Source of the DNA: Microcoleus sp.
GTDB lineage: Bacteria > Cyanobacteriota > Cyanobacteriia > Cyanobacteriales > Microcoleaceae
NCBI GenBank assembly: GCA_042408215.1
Contig: JAYFMW010000003.1
Span: 448,001 to 512,000 of the forward strand
Reading direction: 5' to 3'
Length of the DNA stretch: 64,000 bases
Shown in pieces: positions 9,298 through 19,995 of this stretch. The notes beneath the pieces were generated by a model. The model worked only from the letters and a program-made list of their open reading frames with translations, searched no databases and had not been told where the DNA came from. A program made the position numbers and the translations under genes. Position 1 is the stretch's first letter; every line of letters starts with the position of its first letter.

Positions 9298-10143
9298 ATG
9301 AGCACCGAGAGAACAGAGGCAAGAATTGCTCGCATTCTTGCGAAGAGCGACATTACATTTACTCGCATCGCCGGACAACCTGACAAGAAGCCGTCCGAGC
9401 AAAGCCACTTCGACGTTTATGAGCTCACGCTCGACAAGGATGACGAACCAGTCAAAATATTGATTTCCGGCAGCCAGCCGTTTATCGCCTTGCAGGCTAG
9501 TCTGCTGCCAGCAATTCAGCAGCTAATTAGGGCTGAAATTGAGCGCGCTGATTTGGCTCAACTTGTCGGTTATCCGTACGGCGATTACGTCGAACAGCAC
9601 GTCGCCCCCGCGAGCGTGCAAATTCACTGGCGGTTGTCCGGCACTCGCCCCTACGAACCGGCAAAGCTAATTCGCAAACTCGGAGGAAAAAAGCCGCCGA
9701 CACCGTACCTGACTATCCCAAACATCCACCGCAGCAAATGCACTTGGGAAAATATTTTAGCAGCGGCGGGTGGCGAGAACGGTTACACGTACGGCGGACA
9801 CTATGCCGTCGCTTTGATGGGAGACAAAACAACCGACGCAAAAATCGGCAAAGGCGGCCAGATGAAAGCCTATGCCAACTCGAAAGGGGCGGCGACTGAG
9901 TTAGTAGAACGCGCTGCCGAATTGAGCAAGTCCCGCGTTTTGCGGCTGGTGCACGGGGAAGAAGTGCGATCGACTAAATTAAAAATGCGAGTATTTCCCG
10001 CGTGGTTTTTAATCTTCAACTCTCGGCTCGCACAGGAAAACCGCGAGCTAAACATCAGGACAGACACCGGGCAGAAAATCCAACTCGGTTACAAACCGGC
10101 AGATGTTCGCGAGGTTATCCGCAAGTGTTTAGAGAAGGGTTAG
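9298..10143 (+). CDS. Hypothetical protein
   Basis: 281-aa ORF that ends the + strand operon. Confidence 0.85.
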   Translation: MSTERTEARIARILAKSDITFTRIAGQPDKKPSEQSHFDVYELTLDKDDEPVKILISGSQPFIALQASLLPAIQQLIRAEIERADLAQLVGYPYGDYVEQHVAPASVQIHWRLSGTRPYEPAKLIRKLGGKKPPTPYLTIPNIHRSKCTWENILAAAGGENGYTYGGHYAVALMGDKTTDAKIGKGGQMKAYANSKGAATELVERAAELSKSRVLRLVHGEEVRSTKLKMRVFPAWFLIFNSRLAQENRELNIRTDTGQKIQLGYKPADVREVIRKCLEKG

Positions 10144-10186
10144 CGGCAGTCAGTCTAAATAGAACTTGTGCGATTCCCAATATTCC

Positions 10187-10828
10187 TTATTTTTTGTTTC
10201 CAATGACTGTGCTACCCGGCTCTATGCGATAATCTGGTGTCGGCTCGCCCCAACACTCAAAATCTTCAAACAGCTCAGGGCGCCGCTCTAGATACCAATG
10301 CCAAGCACCCTCCCACCATTTCCAAGCCTGCCAAAAAACGTGAGGAATGATTGAGCGATCGACATGATATCCTTGAGCGTCTCGATGCCATTGGAGCGAG
10401 CAAGCGTTAGCGTATCCATATTTTGCGTAGGTAAAAGCGTATTGGTGAGGAACACAAACCTCGCAGCCGTTACTTAGAGGCAGCGGTACGGACTCAATAA
10501 ATCCATCTCTGGTTACTAATACTTTTAGATATCCTTGACACGTCAAAGGGATATCGACGGGCATCGCTTCGGCCTGCACTTGATTATCCCGATACCAACC
10601 AAATACTGAATCTCCCTCCCTATATAAAGAGCCGGGAGTGAATCGATTCTTAATCCAGTCGGGCAAATGGTCAAATTCTGCTAGGACTTCTTTAATTAGT
10701 TCAAGTGTATTCGATTCTGTCGAAGTGTTAACGGTTCTTGTTATTACTCCTTTGGCACGACTTGCCTCGATTGGGAATGTGGTAGCTATGTATTTTTCGA
10801 TTGCTTTTCTAAACTTGACTTTAAACAT
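10187..10828 (-). CDS. Hypothetical Trp-rich protein (cargo)
   Basis: 213-aa ORF convergent with the operon; AT-rich upstream region. Confidence 0.7.
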   Translation of the reverse strand: MFKVKFRKAIEKYIATTFPIEASRAKGVITRTVNTSTESNTLELIKEVLAEFDHLPDWIKNRFTPGSLYREGDSVFGWYRDNQVQAEAMPVDIPLTCQGYLKVLVTRDGFIESVPLPLSNGCEVCVPHQYAFTYAKYGYANACSLQWHRDAQGYHVDRSIIPHVFWQAWKWWEGAWHWYLERRPELFEDFECWGEPTPDYRIEPGSTVIGNKK

Positions 10829-11229
10829 TTTTCATTGTATTTTTTCCATCGTTCCATTATATTCCACCGACGACAATGACTAAACTTTAAATCAATACTC
10901 ATTTTTTTTGCCAAATCTAGTGCAATTAGTGGGGTAAATCCTCCTCATATTTGACACCCGCGCCGAGGGTTTATTTCATCAACTGTCGCGATGTATTTAG
11001 AATCCTCGCCCGGTGTCTTCATGTCGCGGTAGTAGTATGTGTGAAGTGAGTAATATTCGCCGCAAATTACCTTTCCTATTTATTCAGATTTCCAAATCTT
11101 GATCGAGTGACATTTGTATAGCATTGCTTGTCTAGTATGGTGCTAGCGGTGCGCTAGTATGCCGGCGGCGAGCGACGGAAATTAGTTACAAAGAATTACT
11201 GGGTAAGTGATTTTATAACTGCCGCCGTG

Positions 11230-11820
11230 CTATTTTTCCCACAACGTCCTAAATCGCGCTGGATCGAGCGCGGTATATCGGACAGTGTGTTCGATCGACC
11301 TATGACCCAAATACTCTTGAATCAGTCGCGTGTCGTTGCCTTGTGCGGTCAGGGCATAGCCGCAACTGTGCCGCAACATATGGTGATGAAAAGGTATTTC
11401 GAGTTTTGCGATCGCACAAACCGCCGCAAGTGCTTTCGTCACACCGTCGCGAGTCAGCACTAGACCCGTCCGACTCGTAAACATCCAAGGGCTTTTGGTC
11501 GGTTGGCGCGATCGCAACTTGGTACAAAGTCGGCACTCATCCGCCATCATTGGATGCACTCCAGAATTACTTCCCTTGAGTCGGTGAATGTGGATGCGGG
11601 CCTCTTCCAGTTCTATTTGCTCCCACTTCAATCCGATTAGCTCACTGATTCTCAGGCCGTGGCGGTAACTTAGCAGTATAATTAAGTAGTTGCGAGTAGC
11701 TAAGAAAGTATCTTTATTTGCCTTTGTCGCCGTCAACAGGCGTGTTATCTCGGATTCTAGCAGGTATTCTCTATCCCTCCGAGAAGCGTTGGTCGGTCTC
11801 CCTGCTCTGCAATTAACCAT
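11230..11820 (-). CDS. Short tyrosine recombinase, FimB/FimE-like
   Basis: GLRISE (R), RLKG (K), HMLRH, LGH, VRYT (Y); 196 aa, catalytic domain only. Confidence 0.93.
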   Translation of the reverse strand: MVNCRAGRPTNASRRDREYLLESEITRLLTATKANKDTFLATRNYLIILLSYRHGLRISELIGLKWEQIELEEARIHIHRLKGSNSGVHPMMADECRLCTKLRSRQPTKSPWMFTSRTGLVLTRDGVTKALAAVCAIAKLEIPFHHHMLRHSCGYALTAQGNDTRLIQEYLGHRSIEHTVRYTALDPARFRTLWEK

Positions 11821-12046
11821 AAAATCTTAGTCAATTCCTACATTTGAAAGGCTTGTATCTGCGTTGTTTTGCGAGATTGCGCTCTGCATAACACACATTT
11901 TGTATAGTTTAACCCGTGAGAGTGTAGGAAGTGCTGGAACTATCGGTATGTCAAGGATTTGAGACGCGCAGCGCTTGCAGTTTGGGGGATTTTTAGGGCA
12001 ACGCCAGGAGCCGATCGGGCGATAGCCATTAAGCGGACTCTACTGA

Positions 12047-12295
12047 TTAAGTTTTACCGCCAATCAATTTTAATTCATCCGCCGTGTAAACTGTCCGCTG
12101 GTAATCGCACCTCGACTCAACGCACTGCTCTATCCCGTCAACCGAAAGCATCCCTAGCAACGTTTTGCCACACTTAGGGCACCTTCTCAAAAAACATTTT
12201 GTTACCCAGACACCGCCGATATTGATTTGTCGTAAGTATGCACCGTGCCGCGCGTACTTTTTAGCGAGATTGTGTTCGATTGTTGCTGCTGACAT
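12047..12295 (-). CDS. Small Zn-ribbon protein
   Basis: CPKC ... CVESRC. Confidence 0.6.
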   Translation of the reverse strand: MSAATIEHNLAKKYARHGAYLRQINIGGVWVTKCFLRRCPKCGKTLLGMLSVDGIEQCVESRCDYQRTVYTADELKLIGGKT

Positions 12296-12332
12296 AAGAA
12301 CAGGGGATTCCCATCAGTTTGCGCGGCAGGAG

Positions 12333-12440
12333 TGATATCAAATCCGTTGGTATCGTCCTGTATTCATCTCTCTCTTCTCTTCCTCTGCGGTCTCTGCGGT
12401 CTCTGCGGTTTAATCATTCCGAAACAACCGTAAACGAGAG
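12333..12440 (+). repeat. Dispersed ~110-bp repeat; inverted relative at 54131-54240
   Basis: GATATCAAATCCG...CTCTGCGGTT(T/A)AATCATTCCG..ACAACC shared by both copies. Confidence 0.75.
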
Positions 12441-12718
12441 GACCAATGTTTCGACACTAATGAACAGAACCTCTATATTAGACATCTCCAAGAATTATAG
12501 CAGTTTTCAATCGGATGAAATACAGCAGACGGCTGTAGGGACACGACTGCCTGGTCACCTACCGGACATCTGTACTTCACTCAACTGAGAAATGCTATAT
12601 TGTGGAACAGGCCGGACAGCCTGTTCAAGACAGGCTGTTCTGGAGATGTCTATTCAAGTCAGTCGGCGTTGCCGATCATCCGCCAGACGCCGACTCCGGG
12701 AATCAATGCACAAAGGAC

Positions 12719-14642
12719 TTACATACAAAATCTCACTTTTTGCGATCCTTCAATCATGCTTAGGGCAAATTCAGCAGAAGTGAACTCTTTTTCATTTGTA
12801 TTATTTAACTTGGCTAGATTACCTGCTAACGCCTGAATATCAATCACTCCCCCAACTTGGCCTTTACAAGAAACATTGATCTTTTCATCTCCCTGTTCGC
12901 CACTAAGTTTTCGCAATCCTTTTGTAATCTTAACTGTTTCAGATGCTGCTATTTGGTCAATGGGATCTACGCCACAATTCACTGATTGTGACTTGAGAGA
13001 AAGGTCAACCGTCTTCACCTCTCCCTTAAACAAGCAGAGTAATATATTATCTGACAGCCGCTCCCTTCGGAGGATGGTCAGTTTATGCTTAGGGTTAGCA
13101 ACACTTTTATCTTTGATGAGAGTGCTATAACCTTCTATTTCTAAACCTGGCCAGCCTGATACTACCTCTGAATGTAACAACAAGCCAGTAATTAATTCAT
13201 CTGCTTTAATTTCTGAAGTGCCAGAGCGAGTTGTAGTATCTGTTTTTAAGTCGGATGAAGTCACTCGCCCCATGCTAAAAGCTCCATCTTGCAAGCAGTC
13301 AACCCAATAAGAATCTACCCAAAAGAAACGGAGAGCTTCTGGCGGGAGTAAGCGTTCGGCGGGGACGAGATAGTTAAAAGGAATGCCTTTGAGAAGTTCT
13401 AAATCGGCGAACCAATTGGCGATCGCCTCCGGTAGGTTAACGTTACTATCATTGGCTTCCCCTTGGAAAGGCAGGTGCAGTACCTGTAACTGCAACTGGT
13501 TGAGATTTTGAGCATTAGCTCGCTTCCAATTAAACAACTCAACAGCAAGGCGTTGGTTTTGGAGAGTTAGCATTCGCCCTAATTCCCAAGCAGCAGCGTA
13601 GGAAACATCAAACAGACCGCTATGAGAATCGTAACGCACTAGCGCATCAGCCATTGGAACTGGCTCAGACAGCTTATCTGAGCTTTTACCTGGACTGAGG
13701 GGACTATGATACCAGGAAATAGTTTTATCTCCCTGTCGGAGAGCGTGTGGGAGAGGCACATAGCCCTGCTTTAGGTAGTTGTTAGCCTCACGATTTTGTG
13801 GTTCGGGAAGTTCGGGAAGTCTGAGGGTATCCGGGTTGCGATCGAGATTTTTTACCAATGCCGTAAAATTGTGCTGATTATTGACACAGGTAAAGCTCCA
13901 ACTGGTTAAGCTGACTAAGCGGATTAACTCGTTATCTTTCGCTCCTTGGTAGTCAAACTCTCCTTCTTGTCCTTTTGCTCCTTTATAGCGGTTTTCCAGA
14001 GCCACTAAATGAACTGTACTGGCTTCGCCTGGTTGAGGCAGTCGGTTGCCTAACACGGTTGCTAAAGCTTCACTCAGAGGCTTGCCGTCAGCATCAGTAA
14101 GTTCGTTAATGTGAGCGAGGAGAGCTACCTCTTTTTGGGTAGGGAGAATCTGGGCTAAAAGTTTTTTAGGTACGTCAATAACGGTGAGTTCATCCCCATC
14201 AGTTTGTCCAGATTCTTTAGTGAAACCGGGGAATTTAGCCGCAATGCCTGTGAGGTCTTTTAATTTGATGGTTTGTGGCGTGGGTTTTTCTGATTCTCGA
14301 AATAGTAGGAGGGCTACCCAAGGAAGATCGGAATCATTTGTATTAACCGATCGATCGCTCCCAAGGTAAGGTGCTACGCTTGAGAGTAATGTGCGGCAGC
14401 GCATTGGAATGTTCGCCCAAGTTTCCCGATGGGGGAAAGACTGCGTAAATATCATTCTGAGTTAGCGGGGCAAAACGATGTCCGCTAACAACAAAATCAA
14501 GAATTTGCGAAAATTTCTCCTCGGCTATTTTTCCCGATGTCTTGGTTTTAATTGTTTGCTCAACCGTAACTTTATAGTCGCCGCTGTCTAGGGGTGGTTG
14601 GTTATACTCGATGAATTTAACTTTAAGATTGGACGCAGACAT
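12719..14642 (-). pseudogene. Large conserved hypothetical protein (type I recall beside DUF6603-like genes), frameshifted
   Basis: ORFs 14343..14642 and 12719..14455 join as ...LPWERS|VNTNDSDLPWVALLLF if one GATC of the GATCGATC at 14349-14356 is removed. Confidence 0.8.
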
Positions 14643-14797
14643 TGGATTAATCCTCTTGCTAAAAAAAGCGATGGAGTGCTAGGAATTGGTAGTTTTGAGT
14701 GAGCATTTGTTTCACTTAACTTGCGGAGCAATTACAAAAGCGTCAGCTACGGAGTTAGTCAGTTGAACGTCTTGGTTGGGTGTGAAGCCGAGAGATT

Positions 14798-16025
14798 TTG
14801 ACACTCCCCAGCTATCAAGGCGAGGGGATTCTTTGTTCATAGACCCAACTTGCTCAGACAGGATTTCTCCAGCCAAAGTAGAGGTCGAATCTCCCAAAGC
14901 GTTCGGGTCTAGGACCCAAGTTCCGGTATGCCCTACCGTACTCAAGGCTGATTTCAGAATATTAATCGCTGCGTTCCAATCTCTGTCCATAACAAATCCA
15001 CATTCACAAGCGTGGGTTCTTACGGATAGGGATTTTTTTACGATTGCACCGCAGTTAGAACATTTCTGTGACGTGTAGGCAGGATTGACAGCAACTGTTA
15101 CCCGACCAAACTTCACGCCAAAATATTCCAACCACTTTCTGAATTGATACCAACCTGCATCATTAATTGACTTAGCGAGACAGTGATTCTTCACTAGGTT
15201 CTTGATCCTCAAATCGACCTAGGCGACCAAATCGTTAGATTGGATTACGCAACGCGCCAGTCTAGAGGCGTGTTCTTCACGTTGCCTACTTATTTTGAGG
15301 TGTACTCGCCCTAATCGATTAATTGCTTTCTTTCGGTTGGCAGAGCCTTTCTTTTTGCGAGAAACACGGCGTTGTCGAAACTTCAACCGTTTCTCACTTG
15401 TTCGATAAAACTTGGGATTCGGTTCAGTATGACCATCGGAGTCTGTATAAAACTCTTTCAACCCCACGTCCAATCCAACTGTTTTGCCTACGGGCGCTGT
15501 ATCTACATTATTGTCAGCACTGATTGCAAACTGAACATAGTAGCCGTCGGCGCGACGTATTAAGCGAACGCGCTTAATCTGATCGATTTGGTAGAAGTTA
15601 AGATCCCACGTCCCTTTTAGTTTAAGCTTGCCAATTCCCTTTTTGTCGGTGAATGTGATTTGCTTCCGAGTTTCTGAAAGCTTCCAACCACTGACTTTAT
15701 ACTCAACTGAGCGACTGTTTTTCAGGAAAGTCGGATAACCCTTCTTTCCGGGCACAGCTTTCTTGCAGTTGTCGTAGAACCGAGCAATCGCAGAATAAGC
15801 CCTTTCCACAGAGGCTTGGCAAGCACTAGAATTCAAATCTTTGACAAAAGCAAACTCTTCTCTGAGCGCAGTGCTGTGTCGGTACAAGTCTTTTTGCCCT
15901 ATTCCTCGGTTGTCTATCCAAAAGCGGACGCACTTATTCCGAACGAATTGAGCAGTTCTGATTGCCTCGTCTATTGCTGCGTACTGATTTGGTTTGCCTT
16001 TAGCCTTGAATTCTCAAACGAACAT
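14798..16025 (-). pseudogene. tnpB: tnpB pseudogene
   Basis: MFV*EFKAKGK (stop at codon 4) and DLVA*VDL (stop at 15219, RuvC-II region); GLDVG, CSNC and DRDWNAA retained. Confidence 0.9.
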
Positions 16026-16103
16026 TTTACGTGAGAACTCGCTACGCTAAAAGTCTAGCACAAAGCCGTCCTTTTAGGACGGGGCTTTAAACCCAAGTTT
16101 TTG
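14798..16103 (-). mobile_element. Non-autonomous tnpB-only IS200/IS605 element inserted 3' of TTAC
   Basis: Left end hairpin with AAAG guide; right end GAAT-hairpin-TCAA; precise removal restores the host frame. Confidence 0.92.
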
Positions 16104-16381
16104 GTAAAAGTTGGTTGCGTAGATTGTTACTGGTACTGGCGATGCTGTTCTTGATAGTAGTTCTGCGGCTTGCATCCGTGGCTGATTTTGCGCTAAAAGC
16201 GGGAATATTTTTCCAAGCGTAGGGATTCTCTGTTGGTTCTATGTCCTATTGCAACTTAGTTACTTCGATGCTTTGAGTGTTGCCAGGTGCAGGCGGTTTG
16301 CCGGGAACAATGCGGAAGCCAGAAAGGGTATTATCTAAAAACTGTTGCTCGTTCGTTTCTGGTGGCAGAAGACGCTCCCCA

Positions 16382-18369
16382 AATGGGAGTGTGAGCAGTG
16401 AACCCAAAAAATGCACAGATTTCTATTATCTAAGAATATCATGTCAACCGCAAGAAGTCAAGCGATGACCTCGAAAAAAAAAGGCGAATTTTTTGAATTC
16501 TTATTAAGAAAAATTAAGTAAACTTGGTAAGTTCGAGATTGTTGGTATAGATAATTAGGACATAGCACTACGACTTGTTGGTGAACAGAACCTCTATACC
16601 TATCTGCGTACATCAGCGTGGCTCTGCGGTGAAAACCGAGCATTTTGCGATCGCCCACCATCTATCTCTTCGGCCGCGGCCCTAAAAAAGTAACATTTCG
16701 ATATGTTTTTCGGCGCTGACTAGATGTATAATTTAATAATGGGAGTGTGAGCAGTAAAGCCCAAAAATGCACAGATTTCTATTATCTAAGAATATCATGT
16801 CAACCGCAAGAAGTCAAGCGATGACCTCGAAAAAAAAAGGCGAATTTTTTGAATTCTTATTAAGAAAAATTAAGTAAACTTGGTAAGTTCGAGATTGTTG
16901 GTATAGATAATTAGGACATAGCACTACGACTTGTTGGTGAACAGAACCTCTATACCTATCTGCATAGCTCAGCGTGGCTCAGCGGTGAAAACCGAGCATT
17001 TTGCGATCGCCCACCATCTATCTCTTCGGCCGCGGCCCTAAAAAAGTAACATTTCGATATGTTTTTCGGCGCTGACTAGATGTATAATTTAATAATGGGA
17101 GTGTGAGCAGTGAAGCCCAAAAATGCACAGATTTCTATTATCTAAGAATATCATGTCAACCGCAAGAAGTCAAGCGATGACCTCGAAAAAAAAAGGCGAA
17201 TTTTTTGAATTCTTATTAAGAAAAATTAAGTAAACTTGGTAAGTTCGAGATTGTTGGTATAGATAATTAGGACATAGCACTACGACTTGTTGGTGAACAG
17301 AAGCTCTAGATTAAGAAAGATCTGCGTACATCAGCGTGGCTCAGCGGTGAAAACCGAGCATTTTGCGATCGCCCACCATCTATCTCTTCGGCCGCGGCCC
17401 TAAAAAAGTAACATTTCGATATGTTTTTCGGCGCTGACTAGATGTATAATTTAATAATGGGAGTGCGATCGGTAAAGCCCAAAAATGCACAGATTTCTAT
17501 TATCTAAGAATATCATGTCAACCGCAAGAAGTCAAGCGATGACCTCGAAAAAAAAAGGCGAATTTTTTGAATTCTTATTAAGAAAAATTAAGTAAACTTG
17601 GTAAGTTCGAGATTGTTGGTATAGATAATTAGGACATAGCACTACGACTTGTTGGTGAACAGAACCTCTATACCTATCTGCGTAGCTCAGCGTGGCTCAG
17701 CGGTGAAAACCGAGCATTTTGCGATCGCCCACCATCTATCTCTTCGGCCGCGGCCCTAAAAAAGTAACATTTCGATATGTTTTTCGGCGCTGACTAGATG
17801 TATAATTTAATAATGGGAGTGCGATCGGTAAAGCCCAAAAATGCACAGATTTCTATTATCTAAGAATATCATGTCAACCGCAAGAAGTCAAGCGATGACC
17901 TCGAAAAAAAAAGGCGAATTTTTTGAATTCTTATTAAGAAAAATTAAGTAAACTTGGTAAGTTCGAGATTGTTGGTATAGATAATTAGGACATAGCACTA
18001 CGACTTGTTGGTGAACAGAACCTCTATACCTATCTGCATAGCTCAGCGTGGCTCAGCGGTGAAAACCGAGCATTTTGCGATCGCCCACCATCTATCTCTT
18101 CGGCCGCGGCCCTAAAAAAGTAACATTTCGATATGTTTTTCGGCGCTGACTAGATGTATAATTTAATAATGGGAGTGCGATCGGTAAAGCCCAAAAATGC
18201 ACAGATTTCTATTATCTAAGAATATCATGTCAACCGCAAGAAGTCAAGCGATTACCTCGAAAAAAAAAGGCGAATTTTTGAGATATTATTAAGAAAAATT
18301 AAGTAAACTTGGTAAGTTCGAGATTGTTGGTATAGATAATTATGACATACGACTACGACTTGTTTGTGA
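16382..18369. repeat. Tandem array of a ~356-bp unit: 5 full copies plus the native partial copy
   Basis: Units start at 16382, 16738, 17094, 17456, 17812 and 18168 (periods 356, 356, 362, 356, 356); the last runs into the gor start. Confidence 0.97.
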
Positions 18370-19685
18370 TAGGTGCGGGTTCCGGCGGATTAGCGAGTTC
18401 CAAGCGGGCTGCATCCTACGGAGCAAAAGTGGCGATCGCCGAAAACGACTTAGTAGGCGGAACCTGCGTAATTCGCGGCTGCGTGCCCAAAAAACTGATG
18501 GTTTACGCCTCAACATTTTCGCACCTTTATGAAGATGCGATCGGCTACGGTTGGAGCCCAGTAGAAAGCAGCTTCGACTGGGAAAAACTCGTCACCACCG
18601 TAGACACAGAAGTGCGACGACTCAGCAAACTACACATCAGCTTTCTCGAAAAAGCCGGAGTCGAATTAATTTCAGGATACGCCAAATTTATCGATCCTCA
18701 CACCGTCGAAGTTGGTGACAAACAAATCACCGCCGCCAAAATCTTAATCGCTGTCGGCGGTGAAGCCCATCGCATTGACATTCCTGGTATCGAACACGCA
18801 ATTACTTCCCGCGAAATCTTCCTGCTAAAAGAGCAACCAAAACGGTTGGCAATTTGGGGAGGTGGCTACATCGGCGTTGAATTTGCTTGCATCATGAATG
18901 GGTTGGGAAGTCAAGTAACTCAAATCATCCGCCGCGACTTAATTTTGAACGAATTTGATGCAGAAATTCGCACCAACGTCCAAGAAGGAATGGTTAAGCA
19001 CGGAGTTGAATTTTTGACAGGAAGCTCGATCGCACAAATTGAGAAAACCCCAGAAGGCCTAAAATTAACTTTGTCAGGAAAATCCGAAGAAACCTTGACA
19101 GTAGATGCGCTGTTGTGCGCTACCGGGCGTTTACCTAATTTAGAAAAATTGGGTTTAGAAAATGCGGGAGTAGAAACAGATAAAGGTGCGATCTCTGTCA
19201 CCAAAGACAGCCGCACCAGTCAGCCACACATTTTTGCAGTGGGAGACTGTACTAACCGGATTAATTTAACACCAATTGCGATCGCCGAAGGTCGCGCTTT
19301 TGCAGATACTGAATTTGGTAATAACCCCAGATCAATCAGTCATGAAAATGTGGCATCAGCGGTATTTTCCCAGCCGGAAGCTGCTACAGTTGGCTTAACG
19401 GAAGAGTCAGCAAGAGCCAAGTTTCCCGAATCAATCAAGTGTTATACAGCCAAGTTTCGGCCGATGTTTCATGCTTTGACTGGTGCAGATGAGAAGACTT
19501 TTGTCAAGTTAGTTGTTGAAACTAATACTGACAGAGTTTTGGGCGTGCACATGGTGGGGAAAGATGCGGGCGAGATTATTCAAGGCATGGCGATCGCTGT
19601 TAATATGGGAGCTACGAAGAAAGACTTCGATGCAACTATTGGCATTCATCCATCAACTGCTGAGGAGTTTGTGACTCTGCGGTAA
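18342..19685 (+). CDS. gor: Glutathione reductase
   Basis: DLFVIGAGSGG, GGTCVIRGCVPKK, GGGYIG, IHPSTAEE. Confidence 0.97.
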   Translation: MTYDYDLFVIGAGSGGLASSKRAASYGAKVAIAENDLVGGTCVIRGCVPKKLMVYASTFSHLYEDAIGYGWSPVESSFDWEKLVTTVDTEVRRLSKLHISFLEKAGVELISGYAKFIDPHTVEVGDKQITAAKILIAVGGEAHRIDIPGIEHAITSREIFLLKEQPKRLAIWGGGYIGVEFACIMNGLGSQVTQIIRRDLILNEFDAEIRTNVQEGMVKHGVEFLTGSSIAQIEKTPEGLKLTLSGKSEETLTVDALLCATGRLPNLEKLGLENAGVETDKGAISVTKDSRTSQPHIFAVGDCTNRINLTPIAIAEGRAFADTEFGNNPRSISHENVASAVFSQPEAATVGLTEESARAKFPESIKCYTAKFRPMFHALTGADEKTFVKLVVETNTDRVLGVHMVGKDAGEIIQGMAIAVNMGATKKDFDATIGIHPSTAEEFVTLR

Positions 19686-19710
19686 ATAGGGCGAAGTCGT
19701 TAGCAGCAGC

Positions 19711-19734
19711 AGCCAGGGACTTAAGTCCCTGGCT
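19711..19734 (+). terminator. Perfect palindrome after gor
   Basis: AGCCAGGGACTTAAGTCCCTGGCT. Confidence 0.5.
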
Positions 19735-19995
19735 AATAGCTAAAGTCGGTTAAAACCGACTGAAGATTACCATTTTTAATCAGCTTTTCAGGGCGGGCTA
19801 GAAGCCCACCCCACAATAAAATTCAATTTTTGTGGAACAGGCTCTTGCTTGTGATTCTTTGTGGAACAGGCTCTTGCTTGCGATCGATATTGGTGCAGTT
19901 TTACACCCCAAGCGGATTCATGCTCAAAATATTATTTTAAATTATTTGAACCTTTTTTGAACTTGTCCTGTCTAAACCCCTCAGATAACGAACTG

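Larger units (their letters stand above)
1..12330. mobile_element. Prophage-like / integrative element, left end outside the window
   Basis: Dense unknown ORFs with coupled stop/start codons, XRE regulator with a divergent gene, C39-like peptidase plus small TM genes, tyrosine recombinase, Zn-ribbon ORF. Host-type repeats resume at ~12333. No att site or capsid gene recognised. Confidence 0.7.
14712..16383 (-). pseudogene. C-terminal remnant of a large protein (DUF6603-like), split by the IS and truncated at the tandem array
   Basis: FGERLLPPE...TLSGFRIVPGKP...KLQ*DIE...RNQLL|QSLGFTPNQ...APQVK* is continuous once 14798-16103 is removed. Confidence 0.7.

Noticed and set aside
14712..15212. 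Independent 166-aa gene
   Set aside because: It is the tnpB 3' fragment reading through the IS end into the host gene tail.
16382..18369. Guide-RNA or CRISPR-like array serving the adjacent TnpB
   Set aside because: The unit derives from the gor upstream region, variation is limited to small patches, and the array lies beyond the left end of a pseudogenised tnpB rather than at the guide-encoding right end.
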